A DNA stretch of 64,000 nucleotides from an uncultured Clostridia bacterium. GTDB lineage: Bacteria > Bacillota > Clostridia > Christensenellales > UBA1242. Below, one piece after another: positions 36,861 through 47,486 of the stretch (position 1 is its first letter; every line of letters begins with the position of its first letter). Location: positions 1,901 to 65,900 of the forward strand of contig CALWPD010000001.1 in the NCBI GenBank assembly GCA_944383335.1, given 5' to 3'. The translations under genes were made by a program, and so were the position numbers. The notes below the pieces were generated by a model. That model worked only from the letters and a program-made list of their open reading frames with translations. It did no database searches and had not been told where the DNA came from.

Positions 36861-39422
36861 TTAAGCAACTTCTCTTGGGTAGAAACGCAACACTGCACCT
36901 ATTCCAAACAATGTGTAGATATTGATATAATCTCCTACAGGTATATCTTTGTATGTGGCAATTTCTGTATTTAAAATTGCTACTTGCTCCTGTATTGATT
37001 TATTATTATAATCACTTAATTCTTCAAATATCTGTGCTTGTTGCATACCCACAGGTATATATGTCATTAAATTCATACTAGGCATTTGTGACTGAACTAG
37101 TGTAGCGACATTCCCAAAACTTGTTACTGTTTCTTGAAGTTTTTGAGTTTTTTCATCAAGAGTTAGTTCTGCAAACTCTTGCAAATCTATTTTTAATGGA
37201 GTCAACATTGGAGGTATAACTGTTTCATATTGTGGATATGAGTTTGAAACTTCTGCAATGATTCCATCAATCACGCCGTTTAATACTTGTGCCATAACAG
37301 ACAATTTGAACATACTTCCGTCTTTTATGTTTTCAGTAGCACCTTTCATAAATGCACCAGTTGCATTATCTTCAACATAGTTAGCACTATTTGTTCTTGC
37401 CAAATTTGCGACATTTGAACTTAAATCAAGACCATAGTTTGAAGATTTGTCTGCTACGGTGTAGTCACCAAGTCCATAATATTTTTCATAATCGTCATAT
37501 GTATCAAAAATATTTAATGTGCTTGCGATGTTTGATGCTGCCAAACCTTGTTCTCCATTTTTTAACACAGCAACTAAATTGAGTTGTTGATATGATTGAC
37601 CATCTTCCACTAGCGTACTTGGAATGATAGTTTTTCCTGTATCAGGAAGTCCTGCCTCGCCATTGAAAATGGTGTTAAGTAAAGGAATTTGTGCAACCAA
37701 CGCATCAGCACCATATATTACAAACCAAGGCGACTGAGCAGTTATCACAGATTCCATAACTGTGTCAACAAGATTTATATGACTTGGATATCCAGTTTCA
37801 GGATTGTTGTCCTGTTGCAAACAATGGTCTGCTATTATTGCAGGGCCACCTGCTTGTTTATATTCACAATCCAAGAACAATACATTTTTTGAACCCCAAC
37901 CATAGAACGCACATTGATAGAAATTATAACCTTTGCTCTTTTCTATAACATAATTTCCAATAAATTCATTTTCAACACCGTCATTAACTTCAAGTCCTAA
38001 TTGAGTAAAGTAACCAATATAGAAGTTGTTGATTAAGGTGTTGTATGCATTGAAATTTACTCTGGAGTTTTTCATAAGCAATATACCACCAGAATTGACT
38101 GGATCGTTGTTTAATTCAATATTTCCAGTAAAGGCAACATTTTTCCAATTAACTTGTGTCTCTGCTTTAATTGAATTTTCACTTGCCCAAGTGTAAAATA
38201 CACAAAGGTGTGCTGTCATATATTGAGCGTCAACTGTATCACTGTCAACTTTAACGGCTAAATCTGGATTACTTCCATCATTTTCTACAACCATTTTTGG
38301 AAATTGACTCAAATCAACAGTGAAGTAATTCCCTATAAAATTAAATTCATCACCTGAATAAATTCTTCTATTGTATAGTCCAAGACTTTGGTTGTCAACA
38401 GGAGTACCAAGCAATTCTTCTGTTGTGTAATCTTTTGCTAAATCGTAGTTTGTTGTAGTTTCGGTCCAGAACATATCTTTTCCATCGGCAGTTTTTTGTC
38501 TTACATCATCTTTTGTTATTACGATGTTGTCCTGAAGAATTATACCTTTTATATTTTTTACATCATCATATGTAAGTCCAAGCTCTTCCCAAATTTGACT
38601 ATATGAGTTATCTTCATTGTGGAACACAGAAAGTTGTTTTGCCGTGTATACATTGTATGCATCAACAACGCAAAGTTCTGCACTGAATGAAACATCTTCC
38701 AAACTTGCAGAAGCATCAATATTGCTTGGGCAAACATCAACTTTAAATGTATGTCCCACTGCGTTTTCAGTGAAGTCAAGTTCTGTATTTTCAGTGTCTA
38801 TGCTGACATAGTAGGCGATATCATCATTTTGAAGTTGTTGATATTCGCCGTCTTGCAAAAGACTAACTGTAATATTTGTCCTAACCTTTTCAATATCTCC
38901 AACAAAATTGTCAAGCCCATCAAAACCACCTGCAACTATTCTGAAGTTGAAAGCATTGTCATCACCAACATACAAAGGTTGTTCTTTATCTTTATATTCA
39001 ATATTTTCACTAGCATCATTTATTTTGTTTGTTGAATAATCTGCTAAAAGTTTGCTGGTCAACGACGAAACAGACAAAATATCTGCTTCGGTTGCAACAA
39101 CTCTTATCGTTACAAAAATTTCTTTTGATTGGTCATTGTCATCGGTATATTTGATTGATAGACTTTTATCTCCTGTTGTTTGTGTGTCTATTGTACCAAA
39201 ACTTAAGTTTTCTGCGGAAACTTCTTTTTGTGTATCGTCTTCATAAGTTACATACACAACAACATTTGATGTGTCAAGTGTTTTTCCTTTTTCAATGACA
39301 GTTTCCAAGGTGCCATTTTTTAATGTCATTGTGCTGATTTTGTTGCCACCACAAGCGACAAGAGCGACGGCAGACAGCATAAAAACACTAAATAGCATAA
39401 GTATTTTTGTTATTTTTTTCAT
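36861..39422 (-). CDS. large surface lipoprotein (N-terminal Ig-like domain, probable beta-helix body)
   Basis: Lipobox LVAC|GG. An Ig-like module (VVVYVTYEDDTQKEVSAENLSFGTIDTQTTGDKSLSIKY) and then about 700 aa rich in N/G/Y/D. Last gene of the ABC cluster. Confidence 0.6.
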   Translation of the reverse strand: MKKITKILMLFSVFMLSAVALVACGGNKISTMTLKNGTLETVIEKGKTLDTSNVVVYVTYEDDTQKEVSAENLSFGTIDTQTTGDKSLSIKYTDDNDQSKEIFVTIRVVATEADILSVSSLTSKLLADYSTNKINDASENIEYKDKEQPLYVGDDNAFNFRIVAGGFDGLDNFVGDIEKVRTNITVSLLQDGEYQQLQNDDIAYYVSIDTENTELDFTENAVGHTFKVDVCPSNIDASASLEDVSFSAELCVVDAYNVYTAKQLSVFHNEDNSYSQIWEELGLTYDDVKNIKGIILQDNIVITKDDVRQKTADGKDMFWTETTTNYDLAKDYTTEELLGTPVDNQSLGLYNRRIYSGDEFNFIGNYFTVDLSQFPKMVVENDGSNPDLAVKVDSDTVDAQYMTAHLCVFYTWASENSIKAETQVNWKNVAFTGNIELNNDPVNSGGILLMKNSRVNFNAYNTLINNFYIGYFTQLGLEVNDGVENEFIGNYVIEKSKGYNFYQCAFYGWGSKNVLFLDCEYKQAGGPAIIADHCLQQDNNPETGYPSHINLVDTVMESVITAQSPWFVIYGADALVAQIPLLNTIFNGEAGLPDTGKTIIPSTLVEDGQSYQQLNLVAVLKNGEQGLAASNIASTLNIFDTYDDYEKYYGLGDYTVADKSSNYGLDLSSNVANLARTNSANYVEDNATGAFMKGATENIKDGSMFKLSVMAQVLNGVIDGIIAEVSNSYPQYETVIPPMLTPLKIDLQEFAELTLDEKTQKLQETVTSFGNVATLVQSQMPSMNLMTYIPVGMQQAQIFEELSDYNNKSIQEQVAILNTEIATYKDIPVGDYINIYTLFGIGAVLRFYPREVA

Positions 39423-39498
39423 CGTTTACTCCTAACTTTTAAAAAATAATTAGTTTTATTATACAATATATTATTTACCATTGCAAGCAAAAAATATA

Positions 39499-39960
39499 CT
39501 ATCTTACAATAACCCATATTTCTTCTGAAATACTTGTTCCGTCAACAGAGCGTATTTCCAAAGGAAAAGTTACAGGCCTTTCAAACAAAAGTATTCGCAT
39601 TTCTTTTCCATTTTCATCTTTGACAAATGTTACACCACTTGGTGGATTTGCTTGGTCATACACAAACACAATGTCCTTGTTTGTTGCATTGTCGGGCAAA
39701 ACACGAATTTCAATGTAAAGATAAGTTCCCACAGGCACACCGTCATCGTTCAACTTTCCGGGCGTTGTAAAATTTAATCTAAGATATTTTTTCCCGCCAT
39801 TTTCGGTAACCGTTACATTGTCATCTGTTTCGTTGACACATTGAATTTCCGTAACTTTGATGACCTCATCAAACACCTTTGCTTTCATTCCAAAAAAGGC
39901 AATAACAAAAATTGAAACAACATATATTATACCAATCATTAAAATTGTAACTTTCCGCAT
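39499..39960 (-). CDS. small membrane-anchored Ig-like protein
   Basis: One N-terminal TM helix plus a beta-sandwich-like region of about 120 aa. The start overlaps the stop of the upstream permease gene by 1 nt. Confidence 0.5.
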   Translation of the reverse strand: MRKVTILMIGIIYVVSIFVIAFFGMKAKVFDEVIKVTEIQCVNETDDNVTVTENGGKKYLRLNFTTPGKLNDDGVPVGTYLYIEIRVLPDNATNKDIVFVYDQANPPSGVTFVKDENGKEMRILLFERPVTFPLEIRSVDGTSISEEIWVIVR

Positions 39961-41609
39961 TACAACATCTCCTTATAATAGACTTTTATTTTGTTTATAT
40001 AAAGCCATAGCCTCAGCGCAAAAAACGCAATAGCGAACAAAAGCACTTTGTAAAATGCGCTGGTTATATTTTCTGAGACAAAGAAGAATACCAAAAATGC
40101 AAATATAACAGACAAAATCAAGCTGTAAATAAGCGACTTTACATCATTTGGATTGTTCGAATGTTCTCCAGTCGTTTGGTATTGTCTGTATTGTGGGTTC
40201 ATTATGTCAAGTTCTGCCGACCACAATAAATGTGCAGCATAAACAAGATAGATCATAAATATTATGACTATAGTTTGAAGTGCAGAATAATAAACATATG
40301 CACTAAATATTGAAACGGAAACAACTATGGCGACAAAATTAACTATCATGGGCAATACAAGTTTTGCAAAAAGTCCCTTAATATAAGGCGAAGGATTAAT
40401 CCTTTGTAAGTAATTTGACGCACCTTCTTCACTATATATATGTGCATAAGGAACGCTTGACGACATAGACATAAGCAAAATCATCAATATGTTGAATGCC
40501 GCTATCATATATCTCCCCGTTGCACGAACATCCATTGCTGAATACAACTTGTTTAACAGCAAAATGAGAATTGGCATCCCAATTAATACAAGCACCAAAT
40601 TGGTAAGTTTACTAAATGACCGCATACTAAACAAAACTTCTTTTTTAAGATGCGACACAAAAGGTTTTTGTGCCTTGATTTTTCGTGGTTTTATGTCGGC
40701 TTTTCTTTTATATTCAAATGATGAACTTACAATCTTAAAATAAAATGGTCTGACGAGAAGATAAATTAGACCAAACATAACTAAAAGTACTGCAATAATT
40801 ATCGCCAAATTTATAAAAGTTTGGCCGCTAAATAGTGCATTTGTAAGCCCCATTCTTTTTCCAACAACAGCAATAACAACCATATAGCATGGATAAAAAA
40901 CTTGACTCATCAGATCCAAAAAGTCTTGTATTTCCCAAAATGTTGTGCCCCAAGAACTTATGATATTTATATTTGTTGGCAAAATGCTAATTATAAACAA
41001 AATCGCTGCTACTACAGCTGCAGTAAAAACAATCAAAACTGCAATTTCTAACCATTTGTACTTGTTGACAAAGTTGACAATATACATAAGCGGAATTGCG
41101 AGCAAACTCCCCAAAACGACAGGCAGTGCAACAACAAAGATGTATGGAATAAAAATCCAAATATAAAAGTAAAATGGCAAGGAGTTGATTATTCCATATG
41201 CTACAAAAAGTGGCAAAAGATATGTTAAGTTTCTGATAAGCTCATAGATATAGTAAACAACAACTTTTGAAATGAACACACTTGTCCTGTTCACTGGAAA
41301 AGTCAAAAGAAGAGCATTGTCCTTTCCAAAAAACAGTGTTTTGGCAAGACCTATTGTACAAACTAAAATGGACAGAATATACATTATACTAAAAACAAGT
41401 CCGAAAAAGTTTTGAGGAATACCTTGAAGCAAAGATACAAGCCTTAACCTGTCAATCATAAAAAATGCTAAATATATGACTGCCGTGATTACCACAAATT
41501 TGAGAATTGATAAAACTATCTTAAAAATTGCTGATTTTTTATTTTTAAGAAATGACATATCAACTTTATCTTTTAGCTGCATAAACACAAGTGTTTTAAA
41601 ATTATTCAT
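39960..41609 (-). CDS. polytopic membrane protein, putative ABC exporter permease
   Basis: 549 aa with more than 10 hydrophobic helices. 8-nt overlap with the upstream ABC ATPase fusion gene. Confidence 0.55.
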   Translation of the reverse strand: MNNFKTLVFMQLKDKVDMSFLKNKKSAIFKIVLSILKFVVITAVIYLAFFMIDRLRLVSLLQGIPQNFFGLVFSIMYILSILVCTIGLAKTLFFGKDNALLLTFPVNRTSVFISKVVVYYIYELIRNLTYLLPLFVAYGIINSLPFYFYIWIFIPYIFVVALPVVLGSLLAIPLMYIVNFVNKYKWLEIAVLIVFTAAVVAAILFIISILPTNINIISSWGTTFWEIQDFLDLMSQVFYPCYMVVIAVVGKRMGLTNALFSGQTFINLAIIIAVLLVMFGLIYLLVRPFYFKIVSSSFEYKRKADIKPRKIKAQKPFVSHLKKEVLFSMRSFSKLTNLVLVLIGMPILILLLNKLYSAMDVRATGRYMIAAFNILMILLMSMSSSVPYAHIYSEEGASNYLQRINPSPYIKGLFAKLVLPMIVNFVAIVVSVSIFSAYVYYSALQTIVIIFMIYLVYAAHLLWSAELDIMNPQYRQYQTTGEHSNNPNDVKSLIYSLILSVIFAFLVFFFVSENITSAFYKVLLFAIAFFALRLWLYINKIKVYYKEML

Positions 41610-43920
41610 CTTTGACCTTATTTACCTTTTCTTCTTTTGTGATTGAAATCAAATCAACTTCATTTTTATTTATATCTTCAACATTTTTATTTTTTGCTTT
41701 TTTGTCATCTTTTTCAAGCTCACTTTGTTCAACATAGGTGTATGGAACATTCACACTACTTGTGTTGAGATAAAATTCTTCGAGTGTCTGATGTTTTTCA
41801 ATATCCTCTACATTTGCAACCTTTAAAATTTTACCACGCTTTATTATTGCAATTTTGTTGCACAAACTTTCCACAATATCTATAAGGTGGCTAGAAAAGA
41901 ATACGATATTCCCTTTTTTTGCGTGTTCACGCATACACTCCTTAACTTGATATATACTTACAGGGTCAAGTCCAGTTAATGGCTCATCAAGGATCCATAC
42001 CTTTGGATTATGAACAAGTGCACTCATTATTGCAATTTTTTGTTTCATACCATGTGAATATGTTTTGATTTGATTGTCAAATGCATCTTTTAACTGAAAC
42101 ATCTCAACATATTTGTTTATTGCTTCTTCTCGCTGATTCTTGTCAACTCCATATAGGTCTGCAATATAATTTATATATTCTCTACCAGTCAATTTCTCAT
42201 AAAGGGCATAGTGGTCAGGAACAAAACCTATTTGCCTTTTTGCCATAACTGGTTGTTTTTGAGTGTCATAGCCACACACTTCAATTTCGCCACTTGTTAT
42301 AGGTAGTATTCCAACAATACTTTTAATAATTGTACTTTTCCCTGCACCGTTGTGCCCCAAAAAGCCAAATATATCACCTGCTTCTATTTCCAAATCTGCA
42401 TTGTAAACAGAATAGATTTTACTTGTTTTGTACCTTTTTGAAACATTTCTTAAAATCAATTTATCTTTGTTTTGTAAATCCATAGGTTCCTCCAATGACC
42501 TTCCATTTAATTCACTTAAAAGCACCAATTCGTCGAGCTTGATCTTGCGTTTTCTAGCGAGGATATCGTCAATGATGTCAAAAAATGTGTAAGCCCCCTC
42601 ATACAAAAACCACATCATAAGTCCAAATGCAACATACACCAAGAAGAAAAGCAACTGATATACCGGATAAAATGTAAAAATTAAGTTAGATATTTTAAAA
42701 GTTAACTCAATCTTGAATATATTCTCTGCCCATTGTCCAAGTTTGTCAACAATGAAGTCGCTGTTCAAGAAAAAATAGTCCACAGTGCCATAATTTGAAA
42801 ACCAAGCGTTTAAAATCAAAACAAGCACAAAATAGCAGGCAAATCCAACCATTGAATATTTAAACTGTCTTAGTTTTGGTCGTTTGTACACTTTTAGGGC
42901 GACAATTAAAAGTGGCATAAAAAATGCAATGTAGTGATTGACATAAAACTTAACAATTTCGGTGGAAAACAAATTGATACCATCGGCATAGTTTGGCATG
43001 AGCATTGCCAAAAATGCTCCAAGAACATTGATAAAATAAGTAAAGTAAAACAGTTTTTCCCACTTAAAAATTAAACATAAGGGTATGATATACATCGCAG
43101 TGTTGCACAAGTGGAAAGGCCAATGCAGAACATTTACAAAATCACTAAAACGATAATTTAAACTGAAAGTGATAAGTGTTCCAAGCGAAATATACAGCAA
43201 TATCAAACGAATAGCCTCAGATTTTTTATTTTTTAATACTATGTAAATAAGACAAGGAATGATAAAAGCTAAATACAATATTACTCTGTGTGGTAATGTC
43301 AAATCTTTTGGATCAATACCATAGTTTATATAGCCAAAAAACGCCTGCAAAATATACGCTGGCATAGTTGCAAGCATAATAAAAGGTATGTATGCAAAAA
43401 CTATTGCGTCGTTCTTTGAAACTTTGAATCTGTCATTTTCAAAAAACACAACCACACAATAGGCAACAAGTATACCAAGTTCAACGCCAATAAGAAGTGT
43501 TCTTATGTCAAAAGATGAGTATGCGCCCTCGCCGACAATTCCTACTGTGATGTAGTACACAAATCCAACACAAAAAATTGTAATGACAGAACAAAAGTAC
43601 TTAATCAAAACTGCAAATTTTGATGACTTGAAAAAAGGATACAAAATAACAAGCAAATTTACGGCATACAAAAGCCAATTAAGTATCAAACTACAACCAG
43701 TCAAAGTTCTGCTTTGAATTGGTGAGTTACCCAAATCAAAAACATTGCTAATTGCATCATGTCCAAGCATAAACCTCAAGAAAAAAACAACACCAAGTAT
43801 TCCCGACAATATTTTTAAAGCGTTGTTTTTTATTTCTCTTCCTTTGAATTTTGCAACAAAGTATAAAACGACCAATGAAATTGAAATTAAAGCCAAAATA
43901 ACTATCTGTGCAATTAACAC
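41602..43920 (-). CDS. fusion protein: polytopic membrane domain with YwaF/TMEM164-like HLC motif + C-terminal ABC ATPase
   Basis: The C-terminal 280 aa carry Walker A GHNGAGKST, signature YSHGMKQK and Walker B ILDEPLTGLD. The N-terminal region of about 470 aa has more than 12 TM helices and includes HWPFHLCNTAMYIIPLCLIF. Confidence 0.75.
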   Translation of the reverse strand: MLIAQIVILALISISLVVLYFVAKFKGREIKNNALKILSGILGVVFFLRFMLGHDAISNVFDLGNSPIQSRTLTGCSLILNWLLYAVNLLVILYPFFKSSKFAVLIKYFCSVITIFCVGFVYYITVGIVGEGAYSSFDIRTLLIGVELGILVAYCVVVFFENDRFKVSKNDAIVFAYIPFIMLATMPAYILQAFFGYINYGIDPKDLTLPHRVILYLAFIIPCLIYIVLKNKKSEAIRLILLYISLGTLITFSLNYRFSDFVNVLHWPFHLCNTAMYIIPLCLIFKWEKLFYFTYFINVLGAFLAMLMPNYADGINLFSTEIVKFYVNHYIAFFMPLLIVALKVYKRPKLRQFKYSMVGFACYFVLVLILNAWFSNYGTVDYFFLNSDFIVDKLGQWAENIFKIELTFKISNLIFTFYPVYQLLFFLVYVAFGLMMWFLYEGAYTFFDIIDDILARKRKIKLDELVLLSELNGRSLEEPMDLQNKDKLILRNVSKRYKTSKIYSVYNADLEIEAGDIFGFLGHNGAGKSTIIKSIVGILPITSGEIEVCGYDTQKQPVMAKRQIGFVPDHYALYEKLTGREYINYIADLYGVDKNQREEAINKYVEMFQLKDAFDNQIKTYSHGMKQKIAIMSALVHNPKVWILDEPLTGLDPVSIYQVKECMREHAKKGNIVFFSSHLIDIVESLCNKIAIIKRGKILKVANVEDIEKHQTLEEFYLNTSSVNVPYTYVEQSELEKDDKKAKNKNVEDINKNEVDLISITKEEKVNKVKDE

Positions 43921-43998
43921 TATATTTCTCCTAATGTAATGTGAAAATTAAAAAAACTTAAAACTAAAAGAAGTGTAACACAATAAAATATCAGTTGT

Positions 43999-44718
43999 CT
44001 AGTTTTTTTCAATCAGTGCTAAAAATTCGACATTGCCATCTTTTCCCAAAATTTTTGATGTTGTAATTTTTTTTATGTCTATTTGGTTTTGCTTGAAATT
44101 TTGCGTTACACTGTCCAGTGCTAGTTTGTGATATTTTTTATCTTTTATAACTCCACTGCATTTTTTTGCAACATCTTTTCCACATTCAAATTGCGGTTTG
44201 ATTAGCACAACTCCAAATTTTGCAAAATCTAATAAACGTCTTAAAACATCAGAAATTTTTGTAAGCGATATAAATGAAACATCGCATACAAAAATATCAA
44301 TATCCTTCACGCTTTCAATATTTAGCGCACGAATATCCGTACCAGACATATCCACAACTCTTTTATCATTTTTTAGTCCTTCATCCAGTTGGTTTGTTCC
44401 AACATCCAAAGCATAGACTTTTTTTGCACCGTTTTTTAAACAATAATCACAAAATCCACCTGTGGAAGCACCAATATCCAAGACAACAAGGTCCTTGGCA
44501 CTGAGTCCAAAATCCAAAAAAGCACCTTGTAACTTTTCTCCCGCTCTTGAAACATAGATGTTATCTTGATTAATCCTTACTTCATCATTCATTTGCACCA
44601 TAAGCCCACACTTTTTGGCGAGTTTGTTGTTGACACAAACTTTACCCGAGCGTATAAGCAACTGTGCCTTGCTTCTTGTCATATCAAAATGTGTTTGTAA
44701 ATATATATCCAATCTCAT
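43999..44718 (-). CDS. tlyA: TlyA-family rRNA 2'-O-methyltransferase (S4 + FtsJ domains)
   Basis: MRLDIYL...TRSKAQLLIRSGKVCVNNK is an S4 domain and VLDIGASTGGFCDYCL is a SAM-binding motif. Confidence 0.85.
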   Translation of the reverse strand: MRLDIYLQTHFDMTRSKAQLLIRSGKVCVNNKLAKKCGLMVQMNDEVRINQDNIYVSRAGEKLQGAFLDFGLSAKDLVVLDIGASTGGFCDYCLKNGAKKVYALDVGTNQLDEGLKNDKRVVDMSGTDIRALNIESVKDIDIFVCDVSFISLTKISDVLRRLLDFAKFGVVLIKPQFECGKDVAKKCSGVIKDKKYHKLALDSVTQNFKQNQIDIKKITTSKILGKDGNVEFLALIEKN

Positions 44719-44833
44719 AACATTATTTTATAACCTTTCTTCTTTATGAGGTATTATAACACGAATATATCAATATGTAATGCTTTTATTTACAAATTTT
44801 TAAACTGTCAGTTTACCAATAATTACTTTTTTG

Positions 44834-44862
44834 TTGATTTTTTAAATTTGTTATGATATATT
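44834..44862 (+). promoter_or_regulatory. candidate sigma-A promoter for rpsF-ssb-rpsR (extended -10)
   Basis: TTGATT-17 nt-TATATT with TG at -15/-14. The leader of about 65 nt contains two short hairpins (gcaat/attgc and ctttga/tcaaag). Confidence 0.5.
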
Positions 44863-44931
44863 GTTCCTTGAGCAATAGATATTGCCTTGCTTTGATAATT
44901 CAAAGCCGTTAGTCCAAAAGGAGGTATTTGT

Positions 44932-45210
44932 ATGAAATATGAACTTATGTATATCATTTCACAAGATGCAAATGATGAGCAAAAAGAAGCCTTGATTTCA
45001 AAGTTCCAAAAGATGATTGAAGACCGAGGCGGAAAAATCCTTTCTCTTGAAAAAATTGGTATGAAAAAGTTTGCTTATCCTATCAACTTCAAAAATGAAG
45101 GCTACTATGTTCTCATGACTTTTGAAGCGAATCCAGACGTTGTTGATGAAATGAACAAACTTATGAACATCACAGAACATATTGTTAGGCAGATGTTTAT
45201 CAGAAAATAA
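44932..45210 (+). CDS. rpsF: 30S ribosomal protein S6
   Basis: MKYELMYII... is a canonical S6. SD AAGGAGG. Confidence 0.95.
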   Translation: MKYELMYIISQDANDEQKEALISKFQKMIEDRGGKILSLEKIGMKKFAYPINFKNEGYYVLMTFEANPDVVDEMNKLMNITEHIVRQMFIRK

Positions 45211-45219
45211 GGAGAAAAT

Positions 45220-45621
45220 ATGAACAAAGTATTTTTAATAGGCAATTTAACTCGTGATCCTGAACTTGCCACCACCAATAGTGGTGTTTCTGTTTGTAGA
45301 TTTTCTCTTGCCGTAACAAGGAATTATTCGAATTCTGACGGTGAGCGTGAAACAGACTTTTTGAATATTATCGTATGGCGAGGTCAAGCAGAAAATTGCC
45401 ATAAGTATTTAAAAAAAGGTTCTAAGTGTGCAGTTTCTGGGTCTATCCAAACCCGAAGTTATGACGCACAAGACGGCACAAAAAGATATGTTACTGAAAT
45501 CGTTGCCGACAATGTTGAATTTTTAAATTCACGCAGTCAATCCGGTGAAGGGATGGATAAACCAAAAGAAAAAGAAGTTGCTGAACTCGAACCTGTCGAT
45601 GATGACACACTTCCATTTTAA
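45220..45621 (+). CDS. ssb: single-stranded DNA-binding protein
   Basis: MNKVFLIGNLTRDPEL... is an OB fold, with the acidic tip DDDTLPF. Confidence 0.95.
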   Translation: MNKVFLIGNLTRDPELATTNSGVSVCRFSLAVTRNYSNSDGERETDFLNIIVWRGQAENCHKYLKKGSKCAVSGSIQTRSYDAQDGTKRYVTEIVADNVEFLNSRSQSGEGMDKPKEKEVAELEPVDDDTLPF

Positions 45622-45637
45622 TTAAAAGGAGAATATT

Positions 45638-45937
45638 ATGAGCGAAGAAGTTAAAGAACAAACATCAGCCCCTGTAGAAGAATCACAGGAACCCGCTGTT
45701 GTTGAAAAGAAAAAATTTAAACGCCCTACATCCAAAAAGAAAGTTTGTGCATTTTGCGTAGACAAGACAAATGTTATTGACTATAAAGATGGTGCAAAAC
45801 TTAGGCGTTATATAACTGAAAATGGAAAAATTCTTCCAAGACGCCAAACAGGCACTTGCAGCAAACATCAAAGAGAACTTGCAAATGCAATTAAGCGTGC
45901 AAGAGTTATGGCAATTCTTCCATTCAAAGGTGAGTAA
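45638..45937 (+). CDS. rpsR: 30S ribosomal protein S18 (with about 25-aa acidic N-terminal extension)
   Basis: [18 protein letters not shown]...[31 protein letters not shown] is a canonical S18. Confidence 0.95.
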   Translation: MSEEVKEQTSAPVEESQEPAVVEKKKFKRPTSKKKVCAFCVDKTNVIDYKDGAKLRRYITENGKILPRRQTGTCSKHQRELANAIKRARVMAILPFKGE

Positions 45938-45940
45938 AAC

Positions 45941-45976
45941 AAAAAGCAAGCTAATTCAATCAGCTTGCTTTTTTAT
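45941..45976. terminator. bidirectional intrinsic terminator (rpsR / convergent 430-aa gene)
   Basis: aagcaagct-aattcaatc-agcttgctt flanked by an A-run and TTTTT. Confidence 0.7.
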
Positions 45977-47268
45977 TAAAAACTTATTAGCATTGCAGGG
46001 CGAACATTATGATCCATGTAAAGATTATCTCCAATCGTCCCCACATTACCTAATGTTGTAACATTGTGTTCAATTCTACCTGTTTCGTTATTTGGAGAAC
46101 GAAGCCAATAGAACTGTGGCGAATCGGACGGCCATTTTCTTGCCTCATCATTTGCAAATAATGTTTCTGCCTCTTTGTAACTTAAAAGCCAAAATTTGTC
46201 CTTATGTGAACTTCTATAAAACGCATCACCACTGCTTAAGGCATTTGGAAATGTTACACTCCCCCCATTTGGACTCCCATACATTTGCGAATACAAATCG
46301 GACAATGTTCTTCCAATAATAGAATTAAATAAATCATCATGCTCTGTATCTATATTAAAATCTGTATACATGTTTGAATAATGCGAAGTTGTGTCTATGC
46401 TTGCCCATTGCCAATCTATAATATTGCAATTTTTATATACATTCATTCCATTAAGGTACTCCCTTATTGTGCTGGTTGCATAATCATTTACTTTTATGCT
46501 TGTCCAACCACTCTCTGAATGATTTGTACTATTATATGAGTTATTGTACACCACGTTAGTGAGTGGTAAGTTGTCAGATGGTCTTTTAATTAGTGTATTT
46601 GAGTCAAGAACAAACACCCCTATGCCAGTTGTTGGAATAACTGTTCCATTTGTAAAGCGTTTGTAATTTGATGAGCCTTGTGTGCCAGTCCCAATAAGTC
46701 GCCACTTTATATACTCGTTTTGGTAATTGTTTTCACTTGCATTGTCCATCATAAGCGTGCCCAATTCAACATATACATAGCCATTATCGTTATGGAATAG
46801 TGATGGTTGTTCATCATAAAGTATGTAAATACCTAACTCCGACAAATTTACACTTTGGCTTGAGTTGTCTATATAAATTTTATATATGTTACTCCCCTTT
46901 AAGTATAGTGATGATGCATTAACCTTTACCCCACTATGCCCTGTAGGGTTATACCTTATGAACATTCGTGCATAATTTTCTAACTCGGAACTCAGTGAAA
47001 GTGATATCTCTGACCTTTTCCCTTGTGGTATTTCCAAACTATAATTTAGTGGATAAGGCGTGTTGGGATCTAATGCCAAATTTGTATTTATTGTTGTGGT
47101 GTTTGAAGCTATTTTTGTGATTGTAACTTTTGGTTTTGGTGGCTCATACATAACACTGCCAGTTACATTATATTGTACAAATGTTGTGCAATAAACCCCG
47201 AAAAAAATTAGACAAAAACTAAGAAAAATTCCACACAAACTAAACAATATCCGAAACTTTCTCACCAT
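45976..47268 (-). CDS. secreted/anchored protein with C-terminal FWLLS...YWLRSP module
   Basis: Signal anchor. The C-terminal KFWLLSYKEAETLF...FYWLRSPN is a module I recognise from many Firmicutes secreted proteins (DUF6273-like, from memory). Confidence 0.55.
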   Translation of the reverse strand: MVRKFRILFSLCGIFLSFCLIFFGVYCTTFVQYNVTGSVMYEPPKPKVTITKIASNTTTINTNLALDPNTPYPLNYSLEIPQGKRSEISLSLSSELENYARMFIRYNPTGHSGVKVNASSLYLKGSNIYKIYIDNSSQSVNLSELGIYILYDEQPSLFHNDNGYVYVELGTLMMDNASENNYQNEYIKWRLIGTGTQGSSNYKRFTNGTVIPTTGIGVFVLDSNTLIKRPSDNLPLTNVVYNNSYNSTNHSESGWTSIKVNDYATSTIREYLNGMNVYKNCNIIDWQWASIDTTSHYSNMYTDFNIDTEHDDLFNSIIGRTLSDLYSQMYGSPNGGSVTFPNALSSGDAFYRSSHKDKFWLLSYKEAETLFANDEARKWPSDSPQFYWLRSPNNETGRIEHNVTTLGNVGTIGDNLYMDHNVRPAMLISF

Positions 47269-47486
47269 ACGCTCCTAATTTGGATTTTTCAAAGCCACAG
47301 TTTTTTCTATTTATTTTACCCACCCTTTCCCAAACATGTCAAGTTTTTGATATTTTTTTAAAAAAATTTTGTCATTGCTTATGCCTTGAGTAATATTTAT
47401 TTTAAGTTATCAAGATACCACTAATATATTGTCGACACAATACCAAAAAAAAATTAAAAAATTTTTAAAAAATTAGCACTTTCTTG

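Noticed and set aside
44863-44931. rpsF 5' leader as the S6:S18-binding regulatory RNA described for Firmicutes
   Set aside because: Two small hairpins and a CCG are present, but I cannot reproduce the published consensus from memory well enough to assert a match. It needs Rfam cmscan.
16910-47268. Shared N-terminal pattern of two secreted proteins (…AFSVYAHLTQTFSVTNTIGF at 16910..17515 and …FFGVYCTTFVQYNVTGSVMY at 45976..47268) as a SipW/TasA-type signal
   Set aside because: The resemblance to the TasA/camelysin A-x-F-x-D signal-peptide motif is loose and rests on two sequences only. It is not enough to call.
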